Below are positions 8,253 to 18,405 of a stretch of 64,000 nt of DNA, one piece after another (positions within the stretch are counted from its first letter, which is position 1; every line of letters begins with the position of its first letter). Position numbers and translations under genes: made by a program. The DNA comes from a virus. The stretch covers positions 1-64,000 of IMG/VR virus record IMGVR_UViG_3300037560_000207. The stretch is one strand, 5' to 3'. A model generated the notes under the pieces. It made no database searches. It saw only the letters and a program-made list of their open reading frames with translations, and was not told the origin of the DNA.

Positions 8253-8282
8253 ATTATACGTGTAAAAGATACTCTTGTTCCA
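8253..8282 (-). promoter_or_regulatory. Phage promoter class A
   Basis: TGGAAC-N16-CGTATAAT upstream of the HNH gene. Confidence 0.7.
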
Positions 8283-8290
8283 CACAAAAT

Positions 8291-8326
8291 AAAAAAAATC
8301 GAGGTAGTCCGAAAACTACCTCGATT
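8291..8326 (-). terminator. Rho-independent terminator after tail-tube gene
   Basis: ATCGAGGTAGT-TTTCGG-ACTACCTCGAT followed by a U-run. Confidence 0.85.
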
Positions 8327-8352
8327 ATCAATTTTAAAATTATCTATATCTT

Positions 8353-9474
8353 TTAAGTGGCAAGTCCGGCAGGATCGGCCACATGAGTGCATTTCAAAGA
8401 ATTGAAATTCGAATAGTTGTAAGTTACAGCCACGTTGCCACCACCACTATCACCACCGCCATAAGTTACCGACGCCAGCTTATTCTTCGCACCCAGGTTG
8501 ATACGTGTTCCTTCTTCAACCCAGATGAAAATCTTTTGATTAGTAAGGTTATTACCGCCAACTGGATCAGCAAGAGCATCAATCAAATCACCCTTAGACG
8601 AAGTGGTATCAATTGCACAAGTTACCTCAGTCGGGAACGAAACAAACCGATGATATGGTCCACGACGACCAAGCTCAAATAATTGATCACGACCAAGATC
8701 AGTTGAAACAGTAACTGTTTGGAGATGGGCACTATAGGAATCTCCCGATACTAAATTCCACCCATTAGCATCAATTCCATCAAGTTCTGTAGGCCAAATA
8801 CTACCACTAACACCAGTAATAACAGCCGAACTATCCATCGCGCAACCACTACCCATCAAAACATTTTCCCGACGAGCTACACCACCAGAAGCAGTTATTG
8901 ATAATGGTTCATCAGAACCATCAAACACAGATGGTGCAAAGTGAGTTAAACCACTAGCCACCCATTCTTTATTATTACCAACTATAGTAAGGTCTTCTGT
9001 AGAACTTCCTTCGACATTCATTGTATATGTCATCGCTGAAACATACATCCCGGACATACCAACTGATTGTAGCGGCGTACCAGATGCATTATCAAAAGTA
9101 TCTGGATAAATATTGAGAGCCGCAAAACATCGTTCATTAGAACGCCCAACTAAAGTTGCTGATGTTGCACCCGGCGTAGCAAGATGATATAGTAATGGAT
9201 ATCCATCAAGCACCTTTTGGGCCGTTAACTCAATATCTGGAATACCCTCAATATTCTCATAAAGCTCCAATTGACCAAGTTCAAATACTTGTTCAAGATT
9301 GAACGTAGTATTCAAACCAACACTTTGCACACCATGTGCAGTTATAAATCCAGACGGATGTGTTCCCGAACCTGCATGAAGTGCGCCAGCATCAAGCGGA
9401 CATAACGTATCATGAGGAGCGAAACCCACAGCCTGTATGGCGTAGAAAATCCTTGAGTTAGAAGACATATACAC
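8353..9474 (-). CDS. probable major tail (tube) protein, internally duplicated
   Basis: Gly/Ser/Thr-rich, own late promoter and terminator; two FELG hairpin-like repeats (SVGLNTTFNLEQVFELGQ / TVTVSTDLGRDQLFELGR). Confidence 0.6.
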   Translation of the reverse strand: MYMSSNSRIFYAIQAVGFAPHDTLCPLDAGALHAGSGTHPSGFITAHGVQSVGLNTTFNLEQVFELGQLELYENIEGIPDIELTAQKVLDGYPLLYHLATPGATSATLVGRSNERCFAALNIYPDTFDNASGTPLQSVGMSGMYVSAMTYTMNVEGSSTEDLTIVGNNKEWVASGLTHFAPSVFDGSDEPLSITASGGVARRENVLMGSGCAMDSSAVITGVSGSIWPTELDGIDANGWNLVSGDSYSAHLQTVTVSTDLGRDQLFELGRRGPYHRFVSFPTEVTCAIDTTSSKGDLIDALADPVGGNNLTNQKIFIWVEEGTRINLGAKNKLASVTYGGGDSGGGNVAVTYNYSNFNSLKCTHVADPAGLAT

Positions 9475-9526
9475 TCACCTCAACCTTTCTTTTCAAAACT
9501 ATCCCAAATCTATCCATCTATTCTCC

Positions 9527-10330
9527 TTATACACAATGTGATAAAATTCTTTTCCTATCCAGACTAATACAACAAGCATAATAAAGAATATTCAGTAAGT
9601 TACAAACATATAATCCACCATATTTAACTTCCCAACAACATTCAGTTTTTTTATACGGTTTCACATCTGGAATTTCCACGATATACCATGCTTTAGACTC
9701 AACAAATCTTTTGAAATCAAATACTATATCTGACGTACCGCATAAACCTAAAATAATTGAACTATCCTGTCGTTCTGATATCCACCCATCCCCATCAATC
9801 ATCCCTCGCCAAAAATGCCTATTATTCTTAAGAGATTCTGGGACTTTAGCTATCTTGCTTTTCCTTGGAACAATATTATACTCAAATAATTTTTCAACAA
9901 TCCGATTAGAATATATACTCAAAAACACTCCACCCTTATTATAATATAAAGATTTATTAGATCCAATAAATTTCTTAAATTTCTCTAGATGTTCCCAATC
10001 TTTTTCCGCCAAACCAATATTTAATTGTTTTGATCTTTTTGGTGGATGATATACATTTCCATCAGCAAGAATAAAACCTATCCAATAAGCACTTTCTTCT
10101 GCTATTGTATCAAAAACATCCTCTTTAATTAAATTAGTTCTTTTGGCATCGCTACGATTTCTAATAAAAACATCATGCCTCTTTAACAAAGATGTTATTA
10201 CCATATCTGTAATATTATATTCAAATCCTAATTGTCTGGCAGATTTTCCCTCCTTATATTTCCGAATTATTTCTTGTACAATAACATCTTCTGGATTCCA
10301 TTGATCTGACCTACTTTTTCTGTCCTGCAT
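9527..10330 (-). CDS. LAGLIDADG homing endonuclease with N-terminal HTH
   Basis: AYWIGFILADGNV and HFWRGMIDGDGWI motifs. Confidence 0.9.
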   Translation of the reverse strand: MQDRKSRSDQWNPEDVIVQEIIRKYKEGKSARQLGFEYNITDMVITSLLKRHDVFIRNRSDAKRTNLIKEDVFDTIAEESAYWIGFILADGNVYHPPKRSKQLNIGLAEKDWEHLEKFKKFIGSNKSLYYNKGGVFLSIYSNRIVEKLFEYNIVPRKSKIAKVPESLKNNRHFWRGMIDGDGWISERQDSSIILGLCGTSDIVFDFKRFVESKAWYIVEIPDVKPYKKTECCWEVKYGGLYVCNLLNILYYACCISLDRKRILSHCV

Positions 10331-10377
10331 AAATCATACCTCCTTGTATTACTTATACACCAACTTTATGCAATTCC

Positions 10378-11307
10378 TTAGATATTTCCAAAATCAATCT
10401 CTACTTCATATATTACTCTAGCTCTAAATAACTGAGAATTTAATGAATTTATTGTTGCCGAATTACTATCTATGACTCTCAAACGTTTCCATGGGTGATC
10501 CGATACCATATCTACCCAGTTTGTTACTCCCGACACAATATCTCCATATTCATCGAATGGAAAGGTAATACTATTCAAATCAGTCATCCAAAAGGTAGTC
10601 CGACTCTGGTAATCTAACCAATCCATTAATAAATTTCGATCCGATGGATTATCTGCGAAAATATGAAAAGTCACGTATCTTGTTTTTATCTGTCCACCAC
10701 CCAATTGTAAACCTCGTTGTTTACCAGTACCAACTTCAATAAAAATACTCGGTAACCAAATCTGATGCTCTCTGGATGTGGTGCCAGACGGCAAAGAGTC
10801 AGATAGAAATTCCTCCACCGCATTTAGCATCATCACTCTGAATTCTGTAGAATCGGCAAATCCCACATGCACAGATCGTCGGGTGTACTCTGCTCTGATA
10901 TCATCGTTAGCGTTTTTTGGTTCATCGAATATAATCCGACCATTTAGATAATCTACATGATGACGATTGATACCGACAGAATCAGTCGAATAAAAATCTC
11001 CGTCAATATAAACACCCGAAACTCTGAAAGGATCAATAGCACCGCTACCCAACGAAACGCCGCTCTCCCAAACAAATTCTCGACCAACCGCCTCCCATAC
11101 TCGTCCATATTCATATCTTTCGTCTGGAACGAGGTGTAATTGTGATTCTGTATCATCAAACCAACTGGCAGAATCGTATTCATATATACCGTATGCACCA
11201 TTTTGTAATAAATTATGGTCTATCCAAAATTTCAAATTGTAAAGAAGTTGATCAGTTAATTCGTATCCCCCGAATCCATGCCCAATACCTTTAAAAGTTA
11301 AAGACAT
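10378..11307 (-). CDS. virion structural protein, probable tail terminator/neck
   Basis: Position before tail tube; C-terminal LPSIFIEV...FHIFADNPSDRNLL pattern resembles tail-completion proteins. Confidence 0.5.
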   Translation of the reverse strand: MSLTFKGIGHGFGGYELTDQLLYNLKFWIDHNLLQNGAYGIYEYDSASWFDDTESQLHLVPDERYEYGRVWEAVGREFVWESGVSLGSGAIDPFRVSGVYIDGDFYSTDSVGINRHHVDYLNGRIIFDEPKNANDDIRAEYTRRSVHVGFADSTEFRVMMLNAVEEFLSDSLPSGTTSREHQIWLPSIFIEVGTGKQRGLQLGGGQIKTRYVTFHIFADNPSDRNLLMDWLDYQSRTTFWMTDLNSITFPFDEYGDIVSGVTNWVDMVSDHPWKRLRVIDSNSATINSLNSQLFRARVIYEVEIDFGNI

Positions 11308-12269
11308 ATTTTAGCTCCTTTGCTACTATTACATGATTGACATAGTAGGGATAAATTGTCAAGACTAAATAATTCCAAAACATCCCTTTCTGTTTTAGCG
11401 ATCTTAACAGGTATTATATGATCTATAGTCCAAGGAGTTATATCATATGATCGATGACATATTGGACATTGATTATTCTGAGACAATCTAATTGATTCTA
11501 GATGTTCCTTTAGCTCTTGGGGTAAACATGGTAGTAAACGAAAACATCCTATTCTATTTTTTATTATATTTTTTGATCTCAAAGCGTTATTCAAAGATGT
11601 TCGTAATCTACAAATAAATTTCCCTGTTGGAGTTGATCTAAATTTCTGAGTCATCCTTCTTGAATAAGCTCTACCTTCGTCGGTTTTCATTCTTTCTCCA
11701 TGTTTGACTAATTTGCATTGAACACATATGTCTATTTTCCCATTTTTCTTAAGATAATGCGGCGTTGGGCCATGAATTTGACATAATGCTATTACTTGAT
11801 TATTAGTAAGTTTCTTAAGAATTGATTTCGTCGGCAATCCATTAAAAGTATCAGTATGAATACCCAATTTCCTAGCCTTAGATACTACAGCACTATATGA
11901 TCTACCCAATAAATTACAACAGTATTCAATTCCACGAATTTTATAATATTGTTTTAAGATATTCTCTTCTTGTTTACTCCAGTCTCTAATAACTTTAGTC
12001 AACCCGAGCAAAAATGCTTTCCCAGAAATGGATTGATAAGATCGATTTAAAACTTTAGAACAATATTTGCCGCCATATTCAGTATAATATTCTATCAATA
12101 CGTTCTCTTCGTCTACTGTCCATTTATAATTACTTTGTATGCGAAGTCTAGAAGCTTGTCCCCGAACAGATTTGGGGTATTTACCAAGTAAATCAGCGCA
12201 ATATTTACTACTTTTAGTAGGATAATATTTTTTTAATAAATCTATTGCGTCTTGTGTCCATCTTTTCAT
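11298..12269 (-). CDS. HNH endonuclease with three N-terminal Trp-anchored helical repeats
   Basis: WT..E...L..YY repeats x3; CPIC...WTIDHIIP...LSLLCQSCNSSKG. Confidence 0.85.
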   Translation of the reverse strand: MKRWTQDAIDLLKKYYPTKSSKYCADLLGKYPKSVRGQASRLRIQSNYKWTVDEENVLIEYYTEYGGKYCSKVLNRSYQSISGKAFLLGLTKVIRDWSKQEENILKQYYKIRGIEYCCNLLGRSYSAVVSKARKLGIHTDTFNGLPTKSILKKLTNNQVIALCQIHGPTPHYLKKNGKIDICVQCKLVKHGERMKTDEGRAYSRRMTQKFRSTPTGKFICRLRTSLNNALRSKNIIKNRIGCFRLLPCLPQELKEHLESIRLSQNNQCPICHRSYDITPWTIDHIIPVKIAKTERDVLELFSLDNLSLLCQSCNSSKGAKICL

Positions 12270-12270
12270 T

Positions 12271-12987
12271 TTAAATTACTCTCTTCACTAGTATTAGTGC
12301 TGCCTTCTGCGATACACCCTTCTGGCCAAGGGCCATTTCTATGAAATTTTCACCCATTCCACCTGACACAATTGAAGGAAGAACATATGGGGTTCCGCCA
12401 CCGCCAAGCGCCTCTAACGAAACCATTATTGCTCTTCCACTGCGGGATACCTTTTGTATTCTGGTATTAAATTGTTCACTATCTCCGCTGAAAATTATTT
12501 GATACGCAGCAGCGCCAATATCAATATTTGGGTCCATCAAAAGCCATTTAACTACGGGAATAGTAATATTTGATGGACTAGATATATATTGCGCGCCGGG
12601 TAAACTTAAATATTCACCCCAGTTTTTTTCTACTGCTTGAATTCTTATCGATACCGTATCACCTTGACTTCTACTTAAAATATGAACAGATGATCGAATT
12701 AATTCAGCCATTCCATCAGCCAAAGCGTTCGCAGTACTATCATCTAGACCAAAATGGGCTGGTAAATCTTCTGAACCTTGACCCCTGAGAGCTTTAGCTA
12801 CAACAGTATTATTAAAAATTTTAACTAACATTGTTCCAATTTCTTGACTTATCAATGCTGCCCTAGTTAAAACTCGTCCTGCCCATATTCTAGACCCTTC
12901 TCTTTTAACTCCTTTGATTAATTGAGTCATAGTTTTTGCTGTTGGTTCTATATTGAATATTATCCGAGTCATTAAACCAACTCCCAA
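12271..12987 (-). CDS. virion morphogenesis protein (neck/tail completion region)
   Basis: Synteny between head-closure-like and terminator-like genes. Confidence 0.4.
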   Translation of the reverse strand: MGVGLMTRIIFNIEPTAKTMTQLIKGVKREGSRIWAGRVLTRAALISQEIGTMLVKIFNNTVVAKALRGQGSEDLPAHFGLDDSTANALADGMAELIRSSVHILSRSQGDTVSIRIQAVEKNWGEYLSLPGAQYISSPSNITIPVVKWLLMDPNIDIGAAAYQIIFSGDSEQFNTRIQKVSRSGRAIMVSLEALGGGGTPYVLPSIVSGGMGENFIEMALGQKGVSQKAALILVKRVI

Positions 12988-13577
12988 AAACTAATACAAT
13001 ATCGATCTTCTCTTAAACCGACAATGATAGGTTGTTTTATACAACGAACCCTTAATTTAACAAGACTCATTATAGCATAATTTGATATAGCAAATTTGGC
13101 TCTTACTAAATCATCAAAATTATATAAATATGTTTTGAATCTGACTATGCTTTTGTAATCTGTAGTAGATATACCATAATTTTCAGTATCACCAGCGTTC
13201 CAACTAATCAAACATCTAATACATTTCTGTACTGAAGTTTCTAAAAATCCTCGCCCCAAACAATACGGACATTTCCTTCCTCTTCCAAATGGCCGTGGTC
13301 CACCCGGTCTATAAATACCATTTGATCTTTTTCTTATTGTATCAAAATAACAATTCGGACAAGACTCCTGAATAGGATCAAATTCTAATAATACATTTTT
13401 ACCAAGTTGATTGATTAAAGCATCAATTCGTGATTGATAAATATCGATTAATGAATCTTGAATTTGAATAGATGCTGTTGGGTCTAATGTCGGACAAACA
13501 AGAGCAGGTTTTGGCTCATAACCATTAATAAATAGATTACCAGATGTTGTTATTGTTGCCATTATATCAACTCCCAA
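12972..13577 (-). CDS. head-closure/stopper-like neck protein with CxxC motifs
   Basis: CPNC...CPYC, follows adaptor region; clear paralogue of the C-terminus of 13562..18322. Confidence 0.55.
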   Translation of the reverse strand: MGVDIMATITTSGNLFINGYEPKPALVCPTLDPTASIQIQDSLIDIYQSRIDALINQLGKNVLLEFDPIQESCPNCYFDTIRKRSNGIYRPGGPRPFGRGRKCPYCLGRGFLETSVQKCIRCLISWNAGDTENYGISTTDYKSIVRFKTYLYNFDDLVRAKFAISNYAIMSLVKLRVRCIKQPIIVGLREDRYCISFWELV

Positions 13578-16500
13578 AAACTAATGCAATATCTATCTTC
13601 GCGTAGACCAATAGGTATTGGGCCTTTTATTCGATGTACCTTTAATTCTGTAATATCTACTTGATTTAAATCAACAATTGCACTGCTTGCCCTTAATAAA
13701 TCATTCATTTCCGTAATATATGTTTTAAATCTCACCACTGATTCTTTCTTTTCTATCGAAATTCCATATCTCTCAATATCGTGTGGACTCCATTTAATTA
13801 AACATTTAATGCATTTTTGAGTATAAGTTTCCAAAAATCCTTCGCCATAACAATATGGACATTTTTTACCTCTTATAAAAGGCCGTGATCCCCCTTGTTT
13901 ATACACCCCGGTAGACCTTTTATTAATAGCATCATATATACAATTTGGACATTGTTCTAATTGTGAATCAAAGCTTAAAGTAACATTTTTACCAAGCTGA
14001 TTAATTAAGGCATCAATATGTGACTGATAAATTGTAATTATTTCATTGGGTATCTGAATACTAGCTGTTGGATCGAGTGTGGGGCAAACTACGATTGATC
14101 TCAATCTACATCCATTGATAAAAAGAGTAATAAAGTTATTTGATGGAATAATTCCCGATCCTTTTATAAATAAATTACTGGATATTATCGATTGAATCGG
14201 ACCACAAATATATAAGTTTCCAGAATCGACATAATCCAAATGTCCATGGACGAATAAATCACCAGATGTTTCTGTACTATCTTGTCCACCAATAAACAAA
14301 TTGCTAGTTAATTCAATTGTAATATGTGAGATAATATATAAGTCACCAGATAAAATATTGTCGGCATGACCCCAAATGAATAGATCGCCAGAAGCAGGGA
14401 TTGTGTCATGACCATGAATAAACAATGATGGTGTAAATACACCGCTAGTTTCAATAAATCCCTTGATAAAAAGATTACCTGATGTTTGAATATCGTCGTA
14501 ACCTTTAATGAACAAATTACATTGTTCATCGGTCGTTAAATGTCCATATATATATAAATCATCAGAAGCAGTGTGACCTGTATATCCATAAATAAATAAG
14601 TCACCTGAAACATTAATATCATTGTGTCCATATAGAAACAGATCGCCAGACATAAAAGTATCGTCGTATCCATAGATGAACAAATCACCAGACGTAGAAA
14701 CTGTAATGAAAGCTTGTCCCTGAATAAACAAATCGCCAGAAGCTGAAATGATATCTTGTCCATATACAAATAGATCGCCAGACGCAATAGTATCTTCATG
14801 ACTATCTATATATAAATCACCAGACGCATCTATTCTATCTTGTCCTGCGATAATTAAATTACCCGAAGTGTTTTGATCAATATGTCCTTCAACAAATAAA
14901 TTACCAGAAGTCTCGACTTCTACATAACCTTCTATAAATAAATCACCAGAAGTTAATATTAATTTTGGTCCATAAATAAATAGATCACCAGAAGCAGCTA
15001 TTTGTTGTGGACCCGATATAAATAAATTACCAGAAGCAATTGAAGATAATGTTCCTTCAATAAAAAGATGTGGACTAATATCAAATATTCCGATACCTAG
15101 AGTATACCAATATCCCGCCCCAATCTCTATAAAATCTATATTAGGCAATACATCGCATTGACCCTGCGAGTTGTTTCCCCAAGTTACAATAGACCCATCG
15201 GTCTTCAAAGCGAGACTGTGGTGTCCACCACCCACAACAGCCACAAAGTCTGTATTTGGCTCCGGTACGTCGCATTGACCGTAGGTGTTCCTTCCCCAAG
15301 CAACGATCGAGCCGTCAGCCTTCAGACCCAGACTGTGGAACCAACCAGCCACAACCTCCGTGAAGTCCGTGTTTGGCGCTGGTACGTCGGTTTGATCATA
15401 GTCGTTGTATCCCCACGCTACGATCGAGCCATCGGACTTAAGACCTAAACTATGGCCATACCCCCCCGCAACAGCAATGAAATTCGTGTTCGGTGCTGGT
15501 ACGTCGCATTGATTGTAATCGTTCCATCCCCAAGCAATGATCGAGCCATCGGCCTTCAGGCCAAGACTGTGCCACCCACCTGCCGCAACTCCAGAAAAGC
15601 TCGCATTCGGTATCGGAACGTCGCATTGGCCTAGTGAATTTAATCCCCACGCCACAATCGAGCCATCATCCTTAAGCCCGAGACTATGGAATCCGCCAGC
15701 AGCAATTTCAGAAAAGCCCGTATTCGGTATCGGAACGTCGCATTGACCCTGCGAGTTGTTTCCCCAAGTTACAATAGACCCGTCGGCCTTAAGACCAAGA
15801 CCATGCCCATCACCCCCGGCTACAGCCACAAAGTCTGTGTTTGGCGAAGGTGTATTAGTTTGGCCATAATTATTTTTCCCCCATGCATAAAGTCGTGGTA
15901 TATCATCTTTGGTAAGAAAAACATCATAGCCATAAATCCATAAATCACCAGAAATGGCAATATCTTCTTTATTATGAATATATAAATCACTTGATGATTG
16001 AAAGACATCATAACCTTGAATAAATAGATCATTAGATACTGTTATTCCTGGTCCGCGAATAAATAGATCGCTAGATGCAGTGATCTCTTTATGACCTTGG
16101 ATAAATAAGTCGCAAGAAGCAATATTATCTATATGACCTTTAATAAATAATTGTGGTGATAAATTTGAAGCTAGTCCTACTTTTGATGTACCGTGGCCAT
16201 CATCAGGTAAATCGAAATATGAAACAACAAATTTAGTTGCACCAACATATTCCGAGTCAAGAATTACAATGGGATTCCAATATGTTCCATTATCTTTACT
16301 ATTATATTCTTTTTCTGTACTGAATATTATATCAGTACCATCAATCATTCCTATTTTCATTGTACCATGATCTGAATCGGCATTATCATTATACGCAATT
16401 AAAAATTCTGTTTCAGATATAGCTTTAACAAAATTAAAAGATACTCTACCAGTATTAAGATGTTCTGTTTCATCGCCAAATGTTATGGTTGTATCGTTAA

Positions 16501-18322
16501 TAGTTCCTATTTTAGCTGTACCATGATCTGAATCAGCATTATCTCGATATGCAACAACAAATTTTGTATCAGATATAGTATCAACAGAAATATAAGTTGC
16601 TCCATCTACACTAAGAAATGCTGTTTCGACACCAAAAGTGATGGTAGTTCCACTTATCGTACCAATTTTTGCCATACCATAGTTCTGCTGGTCTTTGTTT
16701 CTATATGCAACAACAAATTTATCTGTAGAAATAACTGAAACATCATTATAGTCTGCCCCATCATAAATAGCAAAATCTTCCTCATTACCGAAAGTTATAG
16801 TTGTTCCAGAAACTGTACCAACCCTGGCACTACCATGATTTGAATCACCACTATCTGTATATACAACTACAAATTTAGATGAATCGAAAGTAGCAACAGA
16901 AATATACCGTGAATAAAGACTTGATTGAAATTCTTTTTTTACACCGAATGTTATATTTGTACCACTGACAGTCCCAATTCTAGCTACACCTTGACCAGTA
17001 TTATCTTGATATGTAACTACAAATTTAGATGAATCAAGAGTAGCAACAGAAATAAATTGGGCTCCATCATAACTAAGAAATTCTGTCTCTGTACCAAATG
17101 TTATGGCCGTACCACTAACAATCCCTATTTTAGCTGTACCATGGTTTGAATCAGCTTGATCTTTATATACAACAACAAATCTTGATGCATCAAGTCTTGC
17201 AGTAGAAATATCATTAGCTATACCCTCACTAAGAAATTCTGATTCATCACCAAAAATCAAATTACCAAAACTTAAAGTAGAAAAAGTATCATAACCACGA
17301 ATAAATAATGGTGGTTCTTGTATTCCACTAACTTCTATACATCCTTTTATAAATAAATCTCCTGATGCAGTTTGATAATCATTTCCATGTATAAACAAAT
17401 CAAATTGATCACTTTCAGTAGTAATACCACTACCTAAAGTGTAACAAGATAAACCAGATGGATAATTAACACTAAACTCTGTATCAGTTCGACAAACTCT
17501 AACACCAAAAGTGTATAAAGTACCCGAAGCATCCCCATATCCATAACCATCTATAAACAAAGAAATATCATCTCTAGGAACAGTACTTATATATAAATCG
17601 AAACTATTAGATATTTCTGTAGATAATGATGTTAATAGAGGTACTTTTCGATGTTTAATAGGATAAATAATATACGGATGATTTGAAAGACCAACTGATC
17701 CATAAGGCATTAATTTCAAACGGCCTATAATATCTCTATCTTTGTTGTCATCAAGAGGCATATAAAATTTAAGGTTCTGTGGACGAATTAATGAAGGTGA
17801 GTAACCAGCCGCTAGGCGTATAACTTCAGCATCAGTTAATACTGCATTCCAAATAGCTGCTTCAGCGATTTTACCATCAGTATATGCACCTGGACTACTA
17901 TCTCTAGCTGCTCCAATGGCTGTACGATCATGCCCAGTCATTGCTCCAACTGTATCAGTATCCGTAACTTTACCGCCACCATCAAGATAAACAGTTCTGT
18001 TACTTACACCACCCCATATACCGCAAGCATGATACCATTTATTAGCACTAAAACCAGTTGAAGTTTCGGCTTTTTGTGCTGGTGTACCTGGTGGACTATA
18101 ATCGTGTGAAAAAGCTATAACTGGGTCACCTACTAGATTACCCCATGCTCCTAATAGTGTCCAATAATCAGGTACATCTTTATCACCAATCCACATTAAT
18201 GCATGATTTGCTGTAATATTTGAAACATTAAACCAACAACTCATCGTAAATGGATAATCAGTAACAACAGGTGATTCAACCTGCAAATAACTACTTGATA
18301 AATTTTTAAAACTACGAGCCAC
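13562..18322 (-). CDS. 1586-aa modular fibre/adhesin: LamG-like, 52-aa propeller x7, RCC1-like x7, ~30 14-aa SGDLFIxG repeats, C-terminal neck-like domain
   Basis: LamG pattern (FTMSCWF...WYHACG...YLDG...GKIAEAAIWNAVLT); repeats directly visible in translation. Confidence 0.8.
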   Translation of the reverse strand: MARSFKNLSSSYLQVESPVVTDYPFTMSCWFNVSNITANHALMWIGDKDVPDYWTLLGAWGNLVGDPVIAFSHDYSPPGTPAQKAETSTGFSANKWYHACGIWGGVSNRTVYLDGGGKVTDTDTVGAMTGHDRTAIGAARDSSPGAYTDGKIAEAAIWNAVLTDAEVIRLAAGYSPSLIRPQNLKFYMPLDDNKDRDIIGRLKLMPYGSVGLSNHPYIIYPIKHRKVPLLTSLSTEISNSFDLYISTVPRDDISLFIDGYGYGDASGTLYTFGVRVCRTDTEFSVNYPSGLSCYTLGSGITTESDQFDLFIHGNDYQTASGDLFIKGCIEVSGIQEPPLFIRGYDTFSTLSFGNLIFGDESEFLSEGIANDISTARLDASRFVVVYKDQADSNHGTAKIGIVSGTAITFGTETEFLSYDGAQFISVATLDSSKFVVTYQDNTGQGVARIGTVSGTNITFGVKKEFQSSLYSRYISVATFDSSKFVVVYTDSGDSNHGSARVGTVSGTTITFGNEEDFAIYDGADYNDVSVISTDKFVVAYRNKDQQNYGMAKIGTISGTTITFGVETAFLSVDGATYISVDTISDTKFVVAYRDNADSDHGTAKIGTINDTTITFGDETEHLNTGRVSFNFVKAISETEFLIAYNDNADSDHGTMKIGMIDGTDIIFSTEKEYNSKDNGTYWNPIVILDSEYVGATKFVVSYFDLPDDGHGTSKVGLASNLSPQLFIKGHIDNIASCDLFIQGHKEITASSDLFIRGPGITVSNDLFIQGYDVFQSSSDLYIHNKEDIAISGDLWIYGYDVFLTKDDIPRLYAWGKNNYGQTNTPSPNTDFVAVAGGDGHGLGLKADGSIVTWGNNSQGQCDVPIPNTGFSEIAAGGFHSLGLKDDGSIVAWGLNSLGQCDVPIPNASFSGVAAGGWHSLGLKADGSIIAWGWNDYNQCDVPAPNTNFIAVAGGYGHSLGLKSDGSIVAWGYNDYDQTDVPAPNTDFTEVVAGWFHSLGLKADGSIVAWGRNTYGQCDVPEPNTDFVAVVGGGHHSLALKTDGSIVTWGNNSQGQCDVLPNIDFIEIGAGYWYTLGIGIFDISPHLFIEGTLSSIASGNLFISGPQQIAASGDLFIYGPKLILTSGDLFIEGYVEVETSGNLFVEGHIDQNTSGNLIIAGQDRIDASGDLYIDSHEDTIASGDLFVYGQDIISASGDLFIQGQAFITVSTSGDLFIYGYDDTFMSGDLFLYGHNDINVSGDLFIYGYTGHTASDDLYIYGHLTTDEQCNLFIKGYDDIQTSGNLFIKGFIETSGVFTPSLFIHGHDTIPASGDLFIWGHADNILSGDLYIISHITIELTSNLFIGGQDSTETSGDLFVHGHLDYVDSGNLYICGPIQSIISSNLFIKGSGIIPSNNFITLFINGCRLRSIVVCPTLDPTASIQIPNEIITIYQSHIDALINQLGKNVTLSFDSQLEQCPNCIYDAINKRSTGVYKQGGSRPFIRGKKCPYCYGEGFLETYTQKCIKCLIKWSPHDIERYGISIEKKESVVRFKTYITEMNDLLRASSAIVDLNQVDITELKVHRIKGPIPIGLREDRYCISFWELI

Positions 18323-18405
18323 TTATTATACCTCCGGTAGAATGATTATTCGCAATGTTACTATTGATATAGCAAACCACGGTCCGGTAATTTTTACTGA
18401 AATGA

